A DNA stretch of 64,000 nucleotides. Source: a virus. Positions 1 through 9,788 of the stretch are shown in pieces. The position numbers and the translations under genes were made by a program. The notes under the pieces are model-generated. The model ran no database searches. It was not told the DNA's origin and saw only the letters and a list, made by a program, of their open reading frames with translations. Position 1 is the stretch's first letter; each line of letters opens with the position of its first letter. The DNA lies in IMG/VR virus record IMGVR_UViG_3300027977_000031, positions 1-64,000 of that record; one strand, 5' to 3'.

Positions 1-156
1 AAGTTCGCCGAGTTGATTGTTCGGGAATGTGCCCGACCCCTAATTTTGTTGGGACGAGAAATGGATAAAGATGCCGAATTCTATAAATATCATTCCAAAG
101 AGGTCATTGCGACACATATGTACATACGATTAGAAAAACATTTCGGAGTTGAATAA
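1..156 (+). CDS. 3' part of a small paralogous protein (MNERI.../KFAELIVRECA/HFGVE* family); start lies outside the window
   Basis: Frame 1 reads KFAELIVRECARP...EKHFGVE* and matches the paralogs at 244, 5218 and 9789. Confidence 0.5.
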   Translation, partial: KFAELIVRECARPLILLGREMDKDAEFYKYHSKEVIATHMYIRLEKHFGVE

Positions 157-242
157 TGACAAAGGCCGGGATAAAGGAAGCATTCACTATTTGTATCATT
201 TTGGTACTTGGTGAAATTATACGACTCTATTTATGGAACTAA
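156..242 (+). CDS. micro-ORF, 28-aa hydrophobic peptide (MTKAGIKEAFTICIILVLGEIIRLYLWN)
   Basis: Its ATG overlaps the TAA of the upstream gene (TAATG) and is positioned by the ggagttgaa..atga cassette; below the ORF-track cutoff. Confidence 0.3.
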   Translation: MTKAGIKEAFTICIILVLGEIIRLYLWN

Positions 243-243
243 C

Positions 244-477
244 ATGAACGAACGAATTAGAGAACTGGCTAAAGAGGCTGTTAGAACTATTGAGGTAAAG
301 CATGAGGGTTATAGGGGCAAAGGTTATACAGAACAAGTAGAATTTTTTGACAAAGAAAAGTTCGCCGAGTTGATTGTGCGAGAATGTCTCTTGGTTACTA
401 AGAAACAGTATAATGATACACTTCCTTGGGGCGGCGTAGAAGATACTATCAAGGAACATTTCGGAGTTGAAGAATGA
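244..477 (+). CDS. small paralogous protein, MNERI family member 1
   Basis: MNERIRELAK...KFAELIVREC...EHFGVEE*; the ORF track starts earlier at an alternative codon. Confidence 0.55.
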   Translation: MNERIRELAKEAVRTIEVKHEGYRGKGYTEQVEFFDKEKFAELIVRECLLVTKKQYNDTLPWGGVEDTIKEHFGVEE

Positions 478-563
478 CAGAATTTTTGCTTGTATTTGTT
501 ATGGCGCTGACTATGCTGGGCTGTCTTGCTTTACTGGGCCGGTTGATGGCTACGGGAGTTTAA
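474..563 (+). CDS. micro-ORF, 29-aa membrane peptide
   Basis: ATGA overlap with the upstream stop; hydrophobic MTEFLLVFVMALTMLGCLALLGRLMATGV. Confidence 0.3.
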   Translation: MTEFLLVFVMALTMLGCLALLGRLMATGV

Positions 564-713
564 ATGAATTGGACTGCAGGTATCTTAGTATTTGTTTTAG
601 TGTACATTCCTATGATGGTCGTTTTTTATCGTTTTCATAAACGAAACAAAGAGATTGACATTGAGTATGAACAAAAACTAGAACAAATCAGAAAGCGTTA
701 TGGTGTTAAATGA
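564..713 (+). CDS. small membrane protein (49 aa)
   Basis: ATG directly after the previous TAA; one hydrophobic helix followed by a basic tail. Confidence 0.3.
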   Translation: MNWTAGILVFVLVYIPMMVVFYRFHKRNKEIDIEYEQKLEQIRKRYGVK

Positions 714-877
714 TTCCCTATACTGACTATGAATGTAGACTTTTGCTACAAGAACTAGAGCGTGGTGAAAAGGTCGTTCTCCCATCAAGTTTAGAACATG
801 CTGAATTCATGATTAAAGTAGCGCAAGGATACATCAACCAACACAAGCAGGAAATGCTTGATATACTTAGGAAATAA
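710..877 (+). CDS. small hypothetical protein (55 aa)
   Basis: ATGA overlap with the upstream stop. Confidence 0.3.
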   Translation: MIPYTDYECRLLLQELERGEKVVLPSSLEHAEFMIKVAQGYINQHKQEMLDILRK

Positions 878-878
878 T

Positions 879-1010
879 ATGAATATTTCATATAAAGTAC
901 GATGGTCTCAACCTTACACTGAATGGGTTGTACGGACAGTTGAAGAAACGGTCGATGTGACTGACTTCAAGGAAGCAAATGAACTGATTGAAAGGATTAA
1001 GAAGTTATGA
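879..1010 (+). CDS. small hypothetical protein (43 aa)
   Basis: Tightly packed operon position; ATG 1 nt after the previous stop. Confidence 0.25.
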   Translation: MNISYKVRWSQPYTEWVVRTVEETVDVTDFKEANELIERIKKL

Positions 1011-1183
1011 TTAAGATGTTGTTAATTTTTGGATTGTTGTTCGCAGGGTTCTTTATGGGCATCCATGCACTAAGAACTTTGAATGGAAAAGAGGCGCTGG
1101 CCTTGACAAAAATTCTAGGTTATAGTATACTGTGTTCACTGTTGACGATTGCAGTGTTAATTTCAATCGTTGTTGTCTTTTAA
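1007..1183 (+). CDS. small membrane protein (58 aa, two predicted TM helices)
   Basis: ATGA overlap with the upstream stop; hydrophobic sequence. Confidence 0.3.
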   Translation: MIKMLLIFGLLFAGFFMGIHALRTLNGKEALALTKILGYSILCSLLTIAVLISIVVVF

Positions 1184-1279
1184 GGACTATTATGTTCCCT
1201 GACTTTCTTCTGAGACCTTTGTATTTTGTACTTGGTTTTCTCGTGTGTGCTAATCTTTTTCTTTATGGAGTTATTTAAA

Positions 1280-2074
1280 ATGAATCGTTTTTTCAAAGTT
1301 GGTTTTCTTATCGCCGCAGTTGCATTGACCTCTGCATGTACTCGTATCGAGACTGGTGAGGTCGGTGTTCGTGTCGGCTTTGACAAACAAGTCAAACCCG
1401 GTGAACTGATGCCCGGCTCATTCAATCAAACCTTCATCGGTGATGTGTTGACTTTCCCCGTGAAGGATGTTAACGTGGTCTTGGAGAATATGACTCCTGT
1501 TGCTAAAGACAACTCGACCATGAAAGACCTTGATGCGGTAGTTGTCTATAACATCAATTCAAGTCAAGTGTCCGAATTGTATTCAACTAAGAACAAAAGC
1601 TTCCACGCTGAGTTTAAGGGCGATACTTATGTGATGTATAACTACATCGTGCAAAATGCTCGTAATGCTATCTACAAAGCCGCACGAAAGTATGAGGCAT
1701 TGGATATGGCAGACAATCGTACTGAGATGGAAAACTACATCAAGGATGAAATTCAGCGAAATCTTGCTGAGGAAAAACTTGATGGTTCAATTACTATCAA
1801 CCAGGTTATGATTCGTAATGTGTTGCCAAGTGATACTGTAGTTGAATCTGCTAATGCATTGGTTCGTTCAAAGAATGAATTGAAGCAAAAAGAAGTTGAA
1901 GTTAAGACTGCTGAGGCTGAATCTCGCAGAATGGCAGCACTTGCAAACAACTCAGGTAGCTCTATCGCATTCATGCAAGCCCAGGCTATGTTGAATATCT
2001 CTGAAGGTATCAAGGCTGGTAAGGTACAGACTATTGTTGTTCCTTCGAACTTCAACGCATTGATGATGAAGTGA
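1280..2074 (+). CDS. SPFH/band-7 (prohibitin/HflC-like) lipoprotein
   Basis: Signal peptide plus lipobox (LTSAC); ETGEVGVRV motif typical of SPFH domains; strong terminator follows. Confidence 0.6.
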   Translation: MNRFFKVGFLIAAVALTSACTRIETGEVGVRVGFDKQVKPGELMPGSFNQTFIGDVLTFPVKDVNVVLENMTPVAKDNSTMKDLDAVVVYNINSSQVSELYSTKNKSFHAEFKGDTYVMYNYIVQNARNAIYKAARKYEALDMADNRTEMENYIKDEIQRNLAEEKLDGSITINQVMIRNVLPSDTVVESANALVRSKNELKQKEVEVKTAEAESRRMAALANNSGSSIAFMQAQAMLNISEGIKAGKVQTIVVPSNFNALMMK

Positions 2075-2093
2075 TTAGATAAAAAGAAGTAAA

Positions 2094-2117
2094 AGGGCCA
2101 TGAGGCCCTTTTCTTTT
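2094..2117 (+). terminator. rho-independent terminator
   Basis: agggcc-atga-ggccct hairpin followed by TTTCTTTTG. Confidence 0.7.
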
Positions 2118-2148
2118 GTGTTATAATATAAACTAGAAGTGAGAAAAT

Positions 2149-2331
2149 ATGAATGAACTCGAAACTGCATTGAACACACACAACTGGGGTTATCAGGGAT
2201 ATCTCACTAGACCCACGATTGATAATCTTATGAAAACTCACACCGATAAAGCTGAGGCTCTGGCACTGTGGGAGCAACACTGTCCCTGGAGCGATACCAA
2301 TGGCGGGTATATTGCATGGATTAGAAAATGA
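2149..2331 (+). CDS. hypothetical protein
   Basis: ORF with an upstream RBS. Confidence 0.4.
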   Translation: MNELETALNTHNWGYQGYLTRPTIDNLMKTHTDKAEALALWEQHCPWSDTNGGYIAWIRK

Positions 2332-2469
2332 TAGATTATCATGTATTATTAATAACAATATTATTACTGGTAGTTAACTTGATATAGATAATAAAAAACC
2401 AGGAATAATCCCAAAGAAGAGTCGGACTTTTACGTGAAAAATAAGAAAAAACAAAAATAACCCGTCAGG

Positions 2470-2498
2470 TTGACGGGTTATCCAAATGCTGTTATAAT
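2470..2498 (+). promoter_or_regulatory. sigma70-like promoter (TTGACG, 17-nt spacer, TATAAT); the -35 overlaps a cccgtca/tgacggg hairpin
   Basis: Consensus hexamers with 17-nt spacing; member of a recurring promoter family. Confidence 0.55.
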
Positions 2499-2524
2499 AC
2501 ATACATCGCAACAAGGAGCAGGCA

Positions 2525-2779
2525 ATGAAATGGGATCTAACTGGTGATCGAATCAATGGACTGTACATGGGCCTGTTCCCCTACAGTGGCTTGGTCACTG
2601 AAAGCCGTGTCAAGTACGGCGGTGATGTTCAGTACACCGTCAAGGTAGACAAGCCTTTCAAAGTCTACGGTGCTGTTCGCGACACAGTCCTGGTCAGTGT
2701 CACAGAGATCAACCGTGTGCTCACAGCGGAAGATTCCTGGTACGATGGTCAATTTGAGCTTGATACAGACTACAATTAA
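2525..2779 (+). CDS. hypothetical protein
   Basis: ORF downstream of a promoter with AAGGAG RBS. Confidence 0.45.
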   Translation: MKWDLTGDRINGLYMGLFPYSGLVTESRVKYGGDVQYTVKVDKPFKVYGAVRDTVLVSVTEINRVLTAEDSWYDGQFELDTDYN

Positions 2780-2800
2780 TTTTATAATCCAGGAGCCAAA

Positions 2801-3298
2801 ATGTATTGTAATCCTACTCTTACCGCTGAAGAATTTAAGACTATTCACAACGGCCTTTGTGAACTTGAAAGTGCCGTTCAGCGTCTTGAACAAGTGATCA
2901 ATCCCGAACTGTACAAACGATTGGCTCACGGTGCCAGCGAAATTCGTCGAGGCCTTGATCGTGCCTACCAAGAGGACAATGACTCTATGGATCGCAAGTC
3001 CAATCATTACAGTGACGTAGGTCGGCAACTAGGCATGGACAATAGTGAATGGAGTGTGTATGAGGTGGATAATCTCTCTGATCGCCACCCCTACGAGGGT
3101 GCTGATCGTGTGGTCTACAAGAATCACTGGGGCAAGAATCCTGTGAGCTGTGGCATCAATGGCCTGACTTGGTCAGCTTTGTGGATTGCAGCCAACACCT
3201 GTATCCGTGACAGTGGTGATGCCCATCATATGTTCATTGAAGACTTTACAACAGATGCAGAAGATCCTCGCACACTGGTGCTGAGTACAGGTAGCTGA
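2801..3298 (+). CDS. hypothetical protein
   Basis: ORF with RBS. Confidence 0.45.
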   Translation: MYCNPTLTAEEFKTIHNGLCELESAVQRLEQVINPELYKRLAHGASEIRRGLDRAYQEDNDSMDRKSNHYSDVGRQLGMDNSEWSVYEVDNLSDRHPYEGADRVVYKNHWGKNPVSCGINGLTWSALWIAANTCIRDSGDAHHMFIEDFTTDAEDPRTLVLSTGS

Positions 3299-3310
3299 AA
3301 CCCCTACTGG

Positions 3311-3339
3311 TTGACCGGTTATTGTTTTGGTCGTATAAT
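3311..3339 (+). promoter_or_regulatory. sigma70-like promoter (TTGACC, 17-nt spacer, TATAAT)
   Basis: Near-identical to the promoter at 9226 (ttgaccggt..ttttg..tataatacac.catagac). Confidence 0.6.
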
Positions 3340-3362
3340 ACACCCATAGACAGGAGAACAGT

Positions 3363-3569
3363 ATGAAATACTTTTGGAACAAAGCAAAAGGACTTAATGC
3401 AGATATCGAGCGCCACCGTGCAAAAGAGCAAGAGTTGGAAGCAAAGATTTCCGAGCTTGAAGGCAAACAAGATCCAATGAGTATTGCAGCACTGCGCACA
3501 TACCGTAGGTTCCTGTATCAACTGCAATCAAGCAAGGCCAATGTAGTTTCAAAGATTGGAAGGAAATAA
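3363..3569 (+). CDS. hypothetical protein
   Basis: ORF. Confidence 0.4.
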   Translation: MKYFWNKAKGLNADIERHRAKEQELEAKISELEGKQDPMSIAALRTYRRFLYQLQSSKANVVSKIGRK

Positions 3570-3570
3570 A

Positions 3571-4584
3571 ATGCGTAAAATGGCAACTATTCGTCAGATT
3601 GATGCACTAACCCCTATCGAGGGTGCAGATGCTATTGAATGCGCTACCATTGGCGGGTGGAAGGTGGTGGTCAAGAAAGGTGAATTCTCAGTTGGCGATC
3701 GTGCGGTCTATTGCGAAATTGACTCATGGATCCCTACAGAGCTTGCACCATTCCTATCCAAAGGCAAAGAGCCTCGCGAGTTTGAAGGCATCCGCGGAGA
3801 ACGTCTACGCACTGTAAAACTACGTGGACAACTGTCACAAGGCTTGCTGCTGAATCTTGACTTTGCTATTCCACAAACTAATTCTTTTGTGGAAGGTGAT
3901 GACGTGTCTGAAACACTTGGTATTGTCAAGTGGGAACGCCCAATGAATGCTCAGCTGGCTGGCCTGGCTAAAGGTAACTTCCCATCGTTGATTCCCAAGA
4001 CTGATCAGGAACGTGCGCAAAATCTTGTTGAAGAAATCCTTGCGGCTGCACAAGCTGGTACTCAATTTGAGATTACCGAAAAGCTAGAAGGCTCTTCAAT
4101 GACTGTGTACCTGATTGATGGAGAATTTGGTGTTTGCTCACGTAACTTGGACTTGAAAGAAACTGCTGATAACACATTCTGGCAAGTTGCTCGCAGAGAG
4201 CAAATTGAAGAAAAGCTGCGTAACAACAATTACGACAACGTTGCAATTCAAGGTGAGTTGATTGGTCCTGGAATTCAAAACAACATCTACAAGCTGTCTC
4301 AACCAGAGTTTCGTGTGTTTGATGTGTACAATATTCATAGTGGTGCTTATGTTGATCCAGCATTCCGTCGTGCCATGGTTAAATCATTGGGTCTACTGCA
4401 TGTTCCCTTTATCTCTGTCGATAAAGACCTTGGTGTTGGCTCTGTAGAAGAAATTCTGCAATGGGCAGAGGACATGTCAATATTGAATTCTACAGTACAG
4501 CGTGAAGGTATTGTGTTCAAGGAAGTTTGTGGCGGGATGTCTTTCAAAGCTATTTCTAACAAGTACCTGTTGGGCGAGAAATAA
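3571..4584 (+). CDS. ATP-dependent RNA ligase, Rnl2-like nucleotidyltransferase
   Basis: KxxG motif I (EKLEGSS); GELIGPGIQNN and FRVFDV blocks match T4 Rnl2 GEFAGPGIQKN and FYVFDI. Confidence 0.6.
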   Translation: MRKMATIRQIDALTPIEGADAIECATIGGWKVVVKKGEFSVGDRAVYCEIDSWIPTELAPFLSKGKEPREFEGIRGERLRTVKLRGQLSQGLLLNLDFAIPQTNSFVEGDDVSETLGIVKWERPMNAQLAGLAKGNFPSLIPKTDQERAQNLVEEILAAAQAGTQFEITEKLEGSSMTVYLIDGEFGVCSRNLDLKETADNTFWQVARREQIEEKLRNNNYDNVAIQGELIGPGIQNNIYKLSQPEFRVFDVYNIHSGAYVDPAFRRAMVKSLGLLHVPFISVDKDLGVGSVEEILQWAEDMSILNSTVQREGIVFKEVCGGMSFKAISNKYLLGEK

Positions 4585-4587
4585 TTT

Positions 4588-4947
4588 ATGTTGAAAAGTC
4601 TTTTTGTATGTGTGTTATTGACTATGGTTGCAGGCTGCGGCCAGGACCAAAACGACAACCATGGATCATGGGAGTTTGACAACTCCCCCTGGCGGTTGTT
4701 TGATATGAAACAGAATCTCACCAACAACACACAAGTGGAGATACGGTATGCCAAGGCTTCCGAGATACAAGCCGTGTGTGATGCTCAAAGTCGCAAGTTC
4801 GGCTTCAATGGATTCCCTAACGGAGCACTGGCATGCACATGGTATCAAAAGGACCGTTGCGTGATGATCTTGCCCGAGAAGGTGGATATGCGTACAGCTG
4901 GACATGAGTTCTTGCATTGTTTGCAAGGTAATTGGCACAAAGAATGA
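4588..4947 (+). CDS. lipoprotein with an HExxH motif (possible small Zn-metallopeptidase)
   Basis: Signal peptide plus Cys lipobox (MVAGCGQ); HEFLHC motif. Confidence 0.35.
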   Translation: MLKSLFVCVLLTMVAGCGQDQNDNHGSWEFDNSPWRLFDMKQNLTNNTQVEIRYAKASEIQAVCDAQSRKFGFNGFPNGALACTWYQKDRCVMILPEKVDMRTAGHEFLHCLQGNWHKE

Positions 4948-4982
4948 ACAAACAAATTTGAATAATTGCAGTAGGTAGATAA

Positions 4983-5213
4983 ATGTTTAATAAGCTAATT
5001 GACATATTCAAAGAACCCGAGCATGGTATAGTAAAGTTAAGTTTCATTGCGTTGGATGAAAATGAAGAACCGTATGAGGATGTTGCAACAATGCCATATC
5101 ATAAACAATACAGTCAAAGTGATGTCGAAGCCAAGTTTGTGACATTTATGAGTTTACGGAATCACAGGGTACTCGAAATCACAATACTAGAAGTAATCAA
5201 AACAAGTGGGTAA
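4983..5213 (+). CDS. hypothetical protein
   Basis: ORF. Confidence 0.35.
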   Translation: MFNKLIDIFKEPEHGIVKLSFIALDENEEPYEDVATMPYHKQYSQSDVEAKFVTFMSLRNHRVLEITILEVIKTSG

Positions 5214-5217
5214 TATA

Positions 5218-5472
5218 ATGAACGAACGAATTTTTGAACTTGCTAAACAGGCCGATCTTATTCAATGGGACACTCTGCCTTCGGGTGCTAGAACACCCGA
5301 TCACGAAAGTGTTGTCAAGGCACGAAAGTTCGCCGAGTTGATGGTGGCGGAATGTGTTGGTATTGTAGAAAACCTTTCTCCTGGATATAAAGATTATAGA
5401 GATCAAATTGAGGATGTGTTTCGCAGGGATTGTGTGATAGAGATTGTAAAACATTTCGGAGTTGCACTATGA
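5218..5472 (+). CDS. small paralogous protein, MNERI family member 2
   Basis: MNERIFELAK...KFAELMVAEC...KHFGVAL*. Confidence 0.5.
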   Translation: MNERIFELAKQADLIQWDTLPSGARTPDHESVVKARKFAELMVAECVGIVENLSPGYKDYRDQIEDVFRRDCVIEIVKHFGVAL

Positions 5473-5687
5473 AACCAAAGTCGGCTAACGGTGTAGAAGG
5501 ACATTTGATTTGTTCCTTTGATGGTAACTATTATTTTCGTGTGTACAATGGCACGGACTTTGTGGACTATGATTTGACCCATAGTGATTTGTGTGTTACA
5601 ATAACTGATTCTGATGCGTTCTTTTATACAGATACAAATCAGAATCGACTGGATCACAGTCCAGCAACACTAGGACATGAACAATGA
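5469..5687 (+). CDS. hypothetical protein
   Basis: ATG positioned by a variant of the coupling cassette (ggagttgcactATGA). Confidence 0.4.
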   Translation: MKPKSANGVEGHLICSFDGNYYFRVYNGTDFVDYDLTHSDLCVTITDSDAFFYTDTNQNRLDHSPATLGHEQ

Positions 5688-5972
5688 TTGATCACTACAA
5701 ACGTCTTGAAGATGGTGCAATGGACGAGATTGATGCTGCTGTTTGGAGTGGAGACTTGTTCCACAATCGTGCTAACATTGCCGCCTTCCGTGAAATGATG
5801 GCTCGATGGGAACGCGGATTGAAGATGTGCGAAGATATCTTAAATGAAGTACCTGAGAAATGAAATACATTATCAATCGTAACGGATCAATTAAATTGCC
5901 CTGGGAGCCAGGTCTAGTGGAATGGTTACAAAAACGCTACCCACTGAGCCAATATCAAGTTGTAGGAAAATA

Positions 5973-6437
5973 ATGCCAAAAGTTTACGTATTAGTGGGAG
6001 TGCCAGGTTCGGGCAAAAGCACCTGGATTAAGAGCCAAGATTGGGCATTGGGCCTAACTGTGGTTAGCACAGATAATTTTGTAGAAGCATACGCCAAGGA
6101 ACAAGGTAAAACTTATTCTGAAGTGTTTGTTGACTATATGCCCACAGCGGTAGATCTAATGGTCAAAGCGGTTGTTCATGCTCGAGAGCACGGGCATGAT
6201 ATCATTTGGGATCAAACCAGCACTACAGTCAAAAGCCGCAAGAAGAAATTCAACATGTTGCCCGACTACGAGCATATTGCTGTGGTGTTTAAGACACCGG
6301 AACATACAGAACTTATGCGTCGATTGATGAGCCGACCTGGAAAAGACATTCCGGATCATGTTGTTGCCAGTATGATTGCAAGTTGGGAAGATCCAACTGA
6401 AGAAGAAGGGTTCAAGGAAGTTTGGAATGCAAGTTGA
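5973..6437 (+). CDS. P-loop kinase, polynucleotide-kinase (T4 Pnk kinase-domain)-like
   Basis: Walker A VLVGVPGSGKSTW resembles T4 Pnk TIGCPGSGKSTW; 154 aa, kinase domain only. Confidence 0.55.
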   Translation: MPKVYVLVGVPGSGKSTWIKSQDWALGLTVVSTDNFVEAYAKEQGKTYSEVFVDYMPTAVDLMVKAVVHAREHGHDIIWDQTSTTVKSRKKKFNMLPDYEHIAVVFKTPEHTELMRRLMSRPGKDIPDHVVASMIASWEDPTEEEGFKEVWNAS

Positions 6438-6681
6438 AGTTGAATTACATAACGATCTTTTGGGTCGTGACGTGGTTGAAGGGGATGCAGTTGCATTCAC
6501 GCATCAGAATTCTTTGATGGTGGGCAAAGTGGTCAAGATCACACCCAAACAGGTGCGTGTGATCCCACTAATGACAACAGGGTATCGTAGGGAATCAGGC
6601 TACCTCAAGTACACTAATCAATGTGTGTTGATTGGTGGACCGGACTTGACTATGTGGATCTTAAAACAACAAGAAAGGTAA
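6427..6681 (+). CDS. hypothetical protein
   Basis: ORF overlapping the kinase stop; AAGGA RBS. Confidence 0.35.
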   Translation: MQVEVELHNDLLGRDVVEGDAVAFTHQNSLMVGKVVKITPKQVRVIPLMTTGYRRESGYLKYTNQCVLIGGPDLTMWILKQQER

Positions 6682-6683
6682 TC

Positions 6684-7592
6684 GTGGCAGATCGACTTAT
6701 TGATTATTTCCCCTACTTCAACGAACGTGAGTTGTTAGAATTAAGGATCAACCTATTGAAAGATCACGTGGATCATTTTGTGATCTCAGAAGCCAATAAA
6801 ACTTTCAGCGGGTTGCCTAGGCAATTTGAGTTAAAAAACTTGATTGCTGAGTTGGGGCTCCCTGTAGAAAAAATCACTGTGATTGAAGTTCGTATAGCCG
6901 ATGACGTTGATTTGCAGTTGGAACAACATGACTTTGATGCACAGTTTCCCGAGGATCGTGCAGATATTATATCTATACAAGCGGTGGCACGAGAACGCAT
7001 TCAACGTAATGCATTGCAGAAGGTACTTTACAAATTTGATGATACCGATTGGTTTTTGATGAGCGATATTGATGAAATTATCAATCCCAACCATATTGAA
7101 TTTGCATTGAATGTGGCCCGTAATAATCCTGATACGGTTGTGAAGTTGCCATTGATCAATCTGTATGGTAGAGCTGACTTACGACCATATGCTCGTGCAG
7201 GGTGGCCATTTGTTTGGCGTACAGCCATGAGTATTTGTAAAAAATCCATAGTAAGCCAAACAACTCCGCATCGCATTAGATGCAAGTATCATGTTCCGGC
7301 ACAGATAATTACTCCCACAATAGGAGGAGAAATATTTGATAACTTTGGATGGCATTTTAGTTGGATGGGCGGCGATGCTAGAAATCAAATCAAAAGCCGA
7401 TCATATGCACATGCACCAAATCAAGGGCATCAACGGCATAGAAGTCAAGGATTCAAATTTGAAGAAGGTGAGAGTTTGTCCTGGGAACCAGAATCAATTT
7501 TGAAACGATTTCCAGTGGATCAACTGCCTCCCATACTGTTTACGTTACCAAGAGTACAAGAATTTTTGCTTCCCAATTTTACAACAAAATAA
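6684..7592 (+). CDS. hypothetical protein (possible nucleotide-sugar transferase)
   Basis: GTG start after AAAGG; acidic DIDE motif; no firm family. Confidence 0.35.
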   Translation: MADRLIDYFPYFNERELLELRINLLKDHVDHFVISEANKTFSGLPRQFELKNLIAELGLPVEKITVIEVRIADDVDLQLEQHDFDAQFPEDRADIISIQAVARERIQRNALQKVLYKFDDTDWFLMSDIDEIINPNHIEFALNVARNNPDTVVKLPLINLYGRADLRPYARAGWPFVWRTAMSICKKSIVSQTTPHRIRCKYHVPAQIITPTIGGEIFDNFGWHFSWMGGDARNQIKSRSYAHAPNQGHQRHRSQGFKFEEGESLSWEPESILKRFPVDQLPPILFTLPRVQEFLLPNFTTK

Positions 7593-7676
7593 GAATAATA
7601 TCCTGGCTAGTGGTAAAAAGCACTTGACGGTTAAATAAATATCAACTATAATAAACACTTAGGAAAGGGTGTTTTG

Positions 7677-7751
7677 TTGGACTCTAGCATAATGGTTAGT
7701 GCCGCAAACTCATAATTTGTAAGGTTCCGGTTCGAGTCCGGAGGGTCCAAC
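7677..7751 (+). tRNA. tRNA-Met(CAT) elongator or Ile2-type
   Basis: Cloverleaf: acceptor ttggact/ggtccaa, anticodon loop ctCATaa, T-arm ccggttcgagtccgg. Confidence 0.75.
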
Positions 7752-7784
7752 AAAACATCCTACCATTTTTTTCAAGGACACACT

Positions 7785-7988
7785 ATGAAAGTACAATTTG
7801 CACCTGGAGCATTTGATAATTTTGATGGCACCCAAGAAGAACTGGATGCTTTGAAAGCAGAAATTGAAGAAACGTTTGAATCCATGACTTCTGAAGAAAT
7901 TGCTGCGCAAAGCAGAAAAGTTGATTTTGCAGATCTCCCAGAACACTTGCAATCCGATCTTCTTAACCCGCCACGTACTTTGCAATGA
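7785..7988 (+). CDS. hypothetical acidic protein
   Basis: ORF just downstream of the tRNA. Confidence 0.4.
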   Translation: MKVQFAPGAFDNFDGTQEELDALKAEIEETFESMTSEEIAAQSRKVDFADLPEHLQSDLLNPPRTLQ

Positions 7989-8368
7989 AAGACGATCCTG
8001 TCAATGATCTTGAACAAGACATTGTGGCCAGCAAATGGATGGCACAAAAAATAATTGACAGCGACACTTACGCTCAAAATCTCTATGCAGCCATATGCAA
8101 TAATTTATTCCAAAAAAACGATGTATGGCCCAGAATTGCTGATCTCTACTGGTCGTGTACCTGGAGATCTGCTGGTGGAATCATTGCCGATATACGCAAT
8201 CAAGGCGACTACATGGATTGGTACTGCTCGGGCACGATAGCACCCAGCAACCGGAACAGCAATAATGATTCTTATGTGGGTGAGAGTTTTGTTACTGATG
8301 AGATCCGTCAAGACTTGTTTGCCATAGGGTGGACGGTACAACCCTATCCCGATGATGGATTTATATAA
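7985..8368 (+). CDS. hypothetical protein
   Basis: ATGA overlap with the upstream stop. Confidence 0.4.
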   Translation: MKDDPVNDLEQDIVASKWMAQKIIDSDTYAQNLYAAICNNLFQKNDVWPRIADLYWSCTWRSAGGIIADIRNQGDYMDWYCSGTIAPSNRNSNNDSYVGESFVTDEIRQDLFAIGWTVQPYPDDGFI

Positions 8369-8377
8369 CAACTCCTA

Positions 8378-8407
8378 TTGACCTGAATATCATCCGTACT
8401 ATATAAT
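8378..8407 (+). promoter_or_regulatory. sigma70-like promoter (TTGACC ... TATATAAT)
   Basis: Consensus -35; extended TA-rich -10. Confidence 0.4.
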
Positions 8408-8413
8408 AGCACT

Positions 8414-8665
8414 ATGTTTAAAATCTACTACACAGATCCGGTGACAGATTGGAGTCACGCACACAATGCTGACACTTTGACTGAAGCACTTCGTTATACC
8501 GAAGAATTTCGCAAGTTGGGCATGGTCTTTGTTACCATGGTAGCGGAAGATTTAAATCAAGTTGGCAAGCCGGGTGTGGACGCTGTGGTCAACGGCAAGA
8601 CCCCCGACGGTGTGGATTACACCTGGAACAAATCCAGTCGTATCGGCCAGGTCAAAAGGAAATAA
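8414..8665 (+). CDS. hypothetical protein
   Basis: ORF. Confidence 0.4.
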   Translation: MFKIYYTDPVTDWSHAHNADTLTEALRYTEEFRKLGMVFVTMVAEDLNQVGKPGVDAVVNGKTPDGVDYTWNKSSRIGQVKRK

Positions 8666-9215
8666 TATGAAAAATTGGATAACCAGTGATCTCCATTTCG
8701 GGCATAAAAATATCATGAGTTTTTGTCCCCAGTCACGTGCAAGGTTTCGCAATGACGTAAACTATATGAACGAGCAAATGGTTAAAGAATGGAACGACTT
8801 GATTGCTCCTGAAGACACTGTATACATTCTAGGCGATGTGGCATTCTTGCCTGCTCAAAAAGCAGCAGAATACATGCAGAGGTGCAATGGATATAAGATC
8901 TTGGTCGAAGGCAACCACGACCGCAAGACTTTACAAGATTCTGCGTTTCGCAACTGTTTCACAGAAATCCACAAGTATCTGGATGTGCAGTTCAACGAAA
9001 CCAAAGTTGTGATGTTTCATTATCCTATTGCAGAATGGGATCAAATGCATCGCGGTGCGGTTCACTTGCATGGACACCTGCACGGTGGCATCAGCGGAAT
9101 GGAACGATATCGTTGTGTGGATGTGGGCATGGACGCAACTGGTATGATTGCTATCTCTATGGACGAAGCTATTCGAATTGGTCTAAAGGGCGCAATCAAA
9201 GGTCATCATGTGTGA
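8666..9215 (+). CDS. calcineurin-like metallophosphoesterase
   Basis: DLHFGH, GDVAF and GNHD motifs. Confidence 0.7.
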
Positions 9216-9225
9216 ATAATTTTGG

Positions 9226-9254
9226 TTGACCGGTATTGCTCGTTTTGTTATAAT
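9226..9254 (+). promoter_or_regulatory. sigma70-like promoter (TTGACC, 17-nt spacer, TATAAT)
   Basis: Near-duplicate of the promoter at 3311. Confidence 0.6.
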
Positions 9255-9280
9255 ACACACATAGACCAACAAAGGAGCAC

Positions 9281-9787
9281 GTGATGACCATAGTAGAGCG
9301 AGCCCGAGTATTTGCTACCGCTGCTCATGCTGCGGTTAAACAAGTACGAAAGTACACATTTGAATCTTACATTGTGCATCCTGCTGAAGTTGCCAGTATT
9401 GTTGCCACTGTGCCTCATACTGATGAGATGTTGGCTGCTGCTTGGTTGCACGACACCGTGGAAGATACTGGTGTGACCATTGTGGATATCCAAGCAGAGT
9501 TTGGCAACGAAGTTGCTGAGTTAGTTGGGTGGTTGACTGATGTCAGTACTCCAGAACAAGGCAACAGGGCTGTTCGCAAAGCCATCGACCGTGAACATAC
9601 TGCAATGGCACCTGCAGCGGCAGCTACAGTGAAGTTGGCCGACTTAATTGCCAACAGCCGCAGCATCATGGCACACGACCCTGCATTCGCAAAAGTGTAT
9701 TTGGAAGAAAAGCGTATGTTGTTAGAAGTATTAACCCGCGGTGATGCCACATTGATGGCGCAAGCCCGCAGCATTGTAGGAGCATAG
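9281..9787 (+). CDS. HD-domain phosphohydrolase (SpoT/RelA-type HD, (p)ppGpp-hydrolase-like)
   Basis: H..HP...and [10 protein letters not shown] motifs. Confidence 0.65.
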   Translation: MMTIVERARVFATAAHAAVKQVRKYTFESYIVHPAEVASIVATVPHTDEMLAAAWLHDTVEDTGVTIVDIQAEFGNEVAELVGWLTDVSTPEQGNRAVRKAIDREHTAMAPAAAATVKLADLIANSRSIMAHDPAFAKVYLEEKRMLLEVLTRGDATLMAQARSIVGA

Positions 9788-9788
9788 T

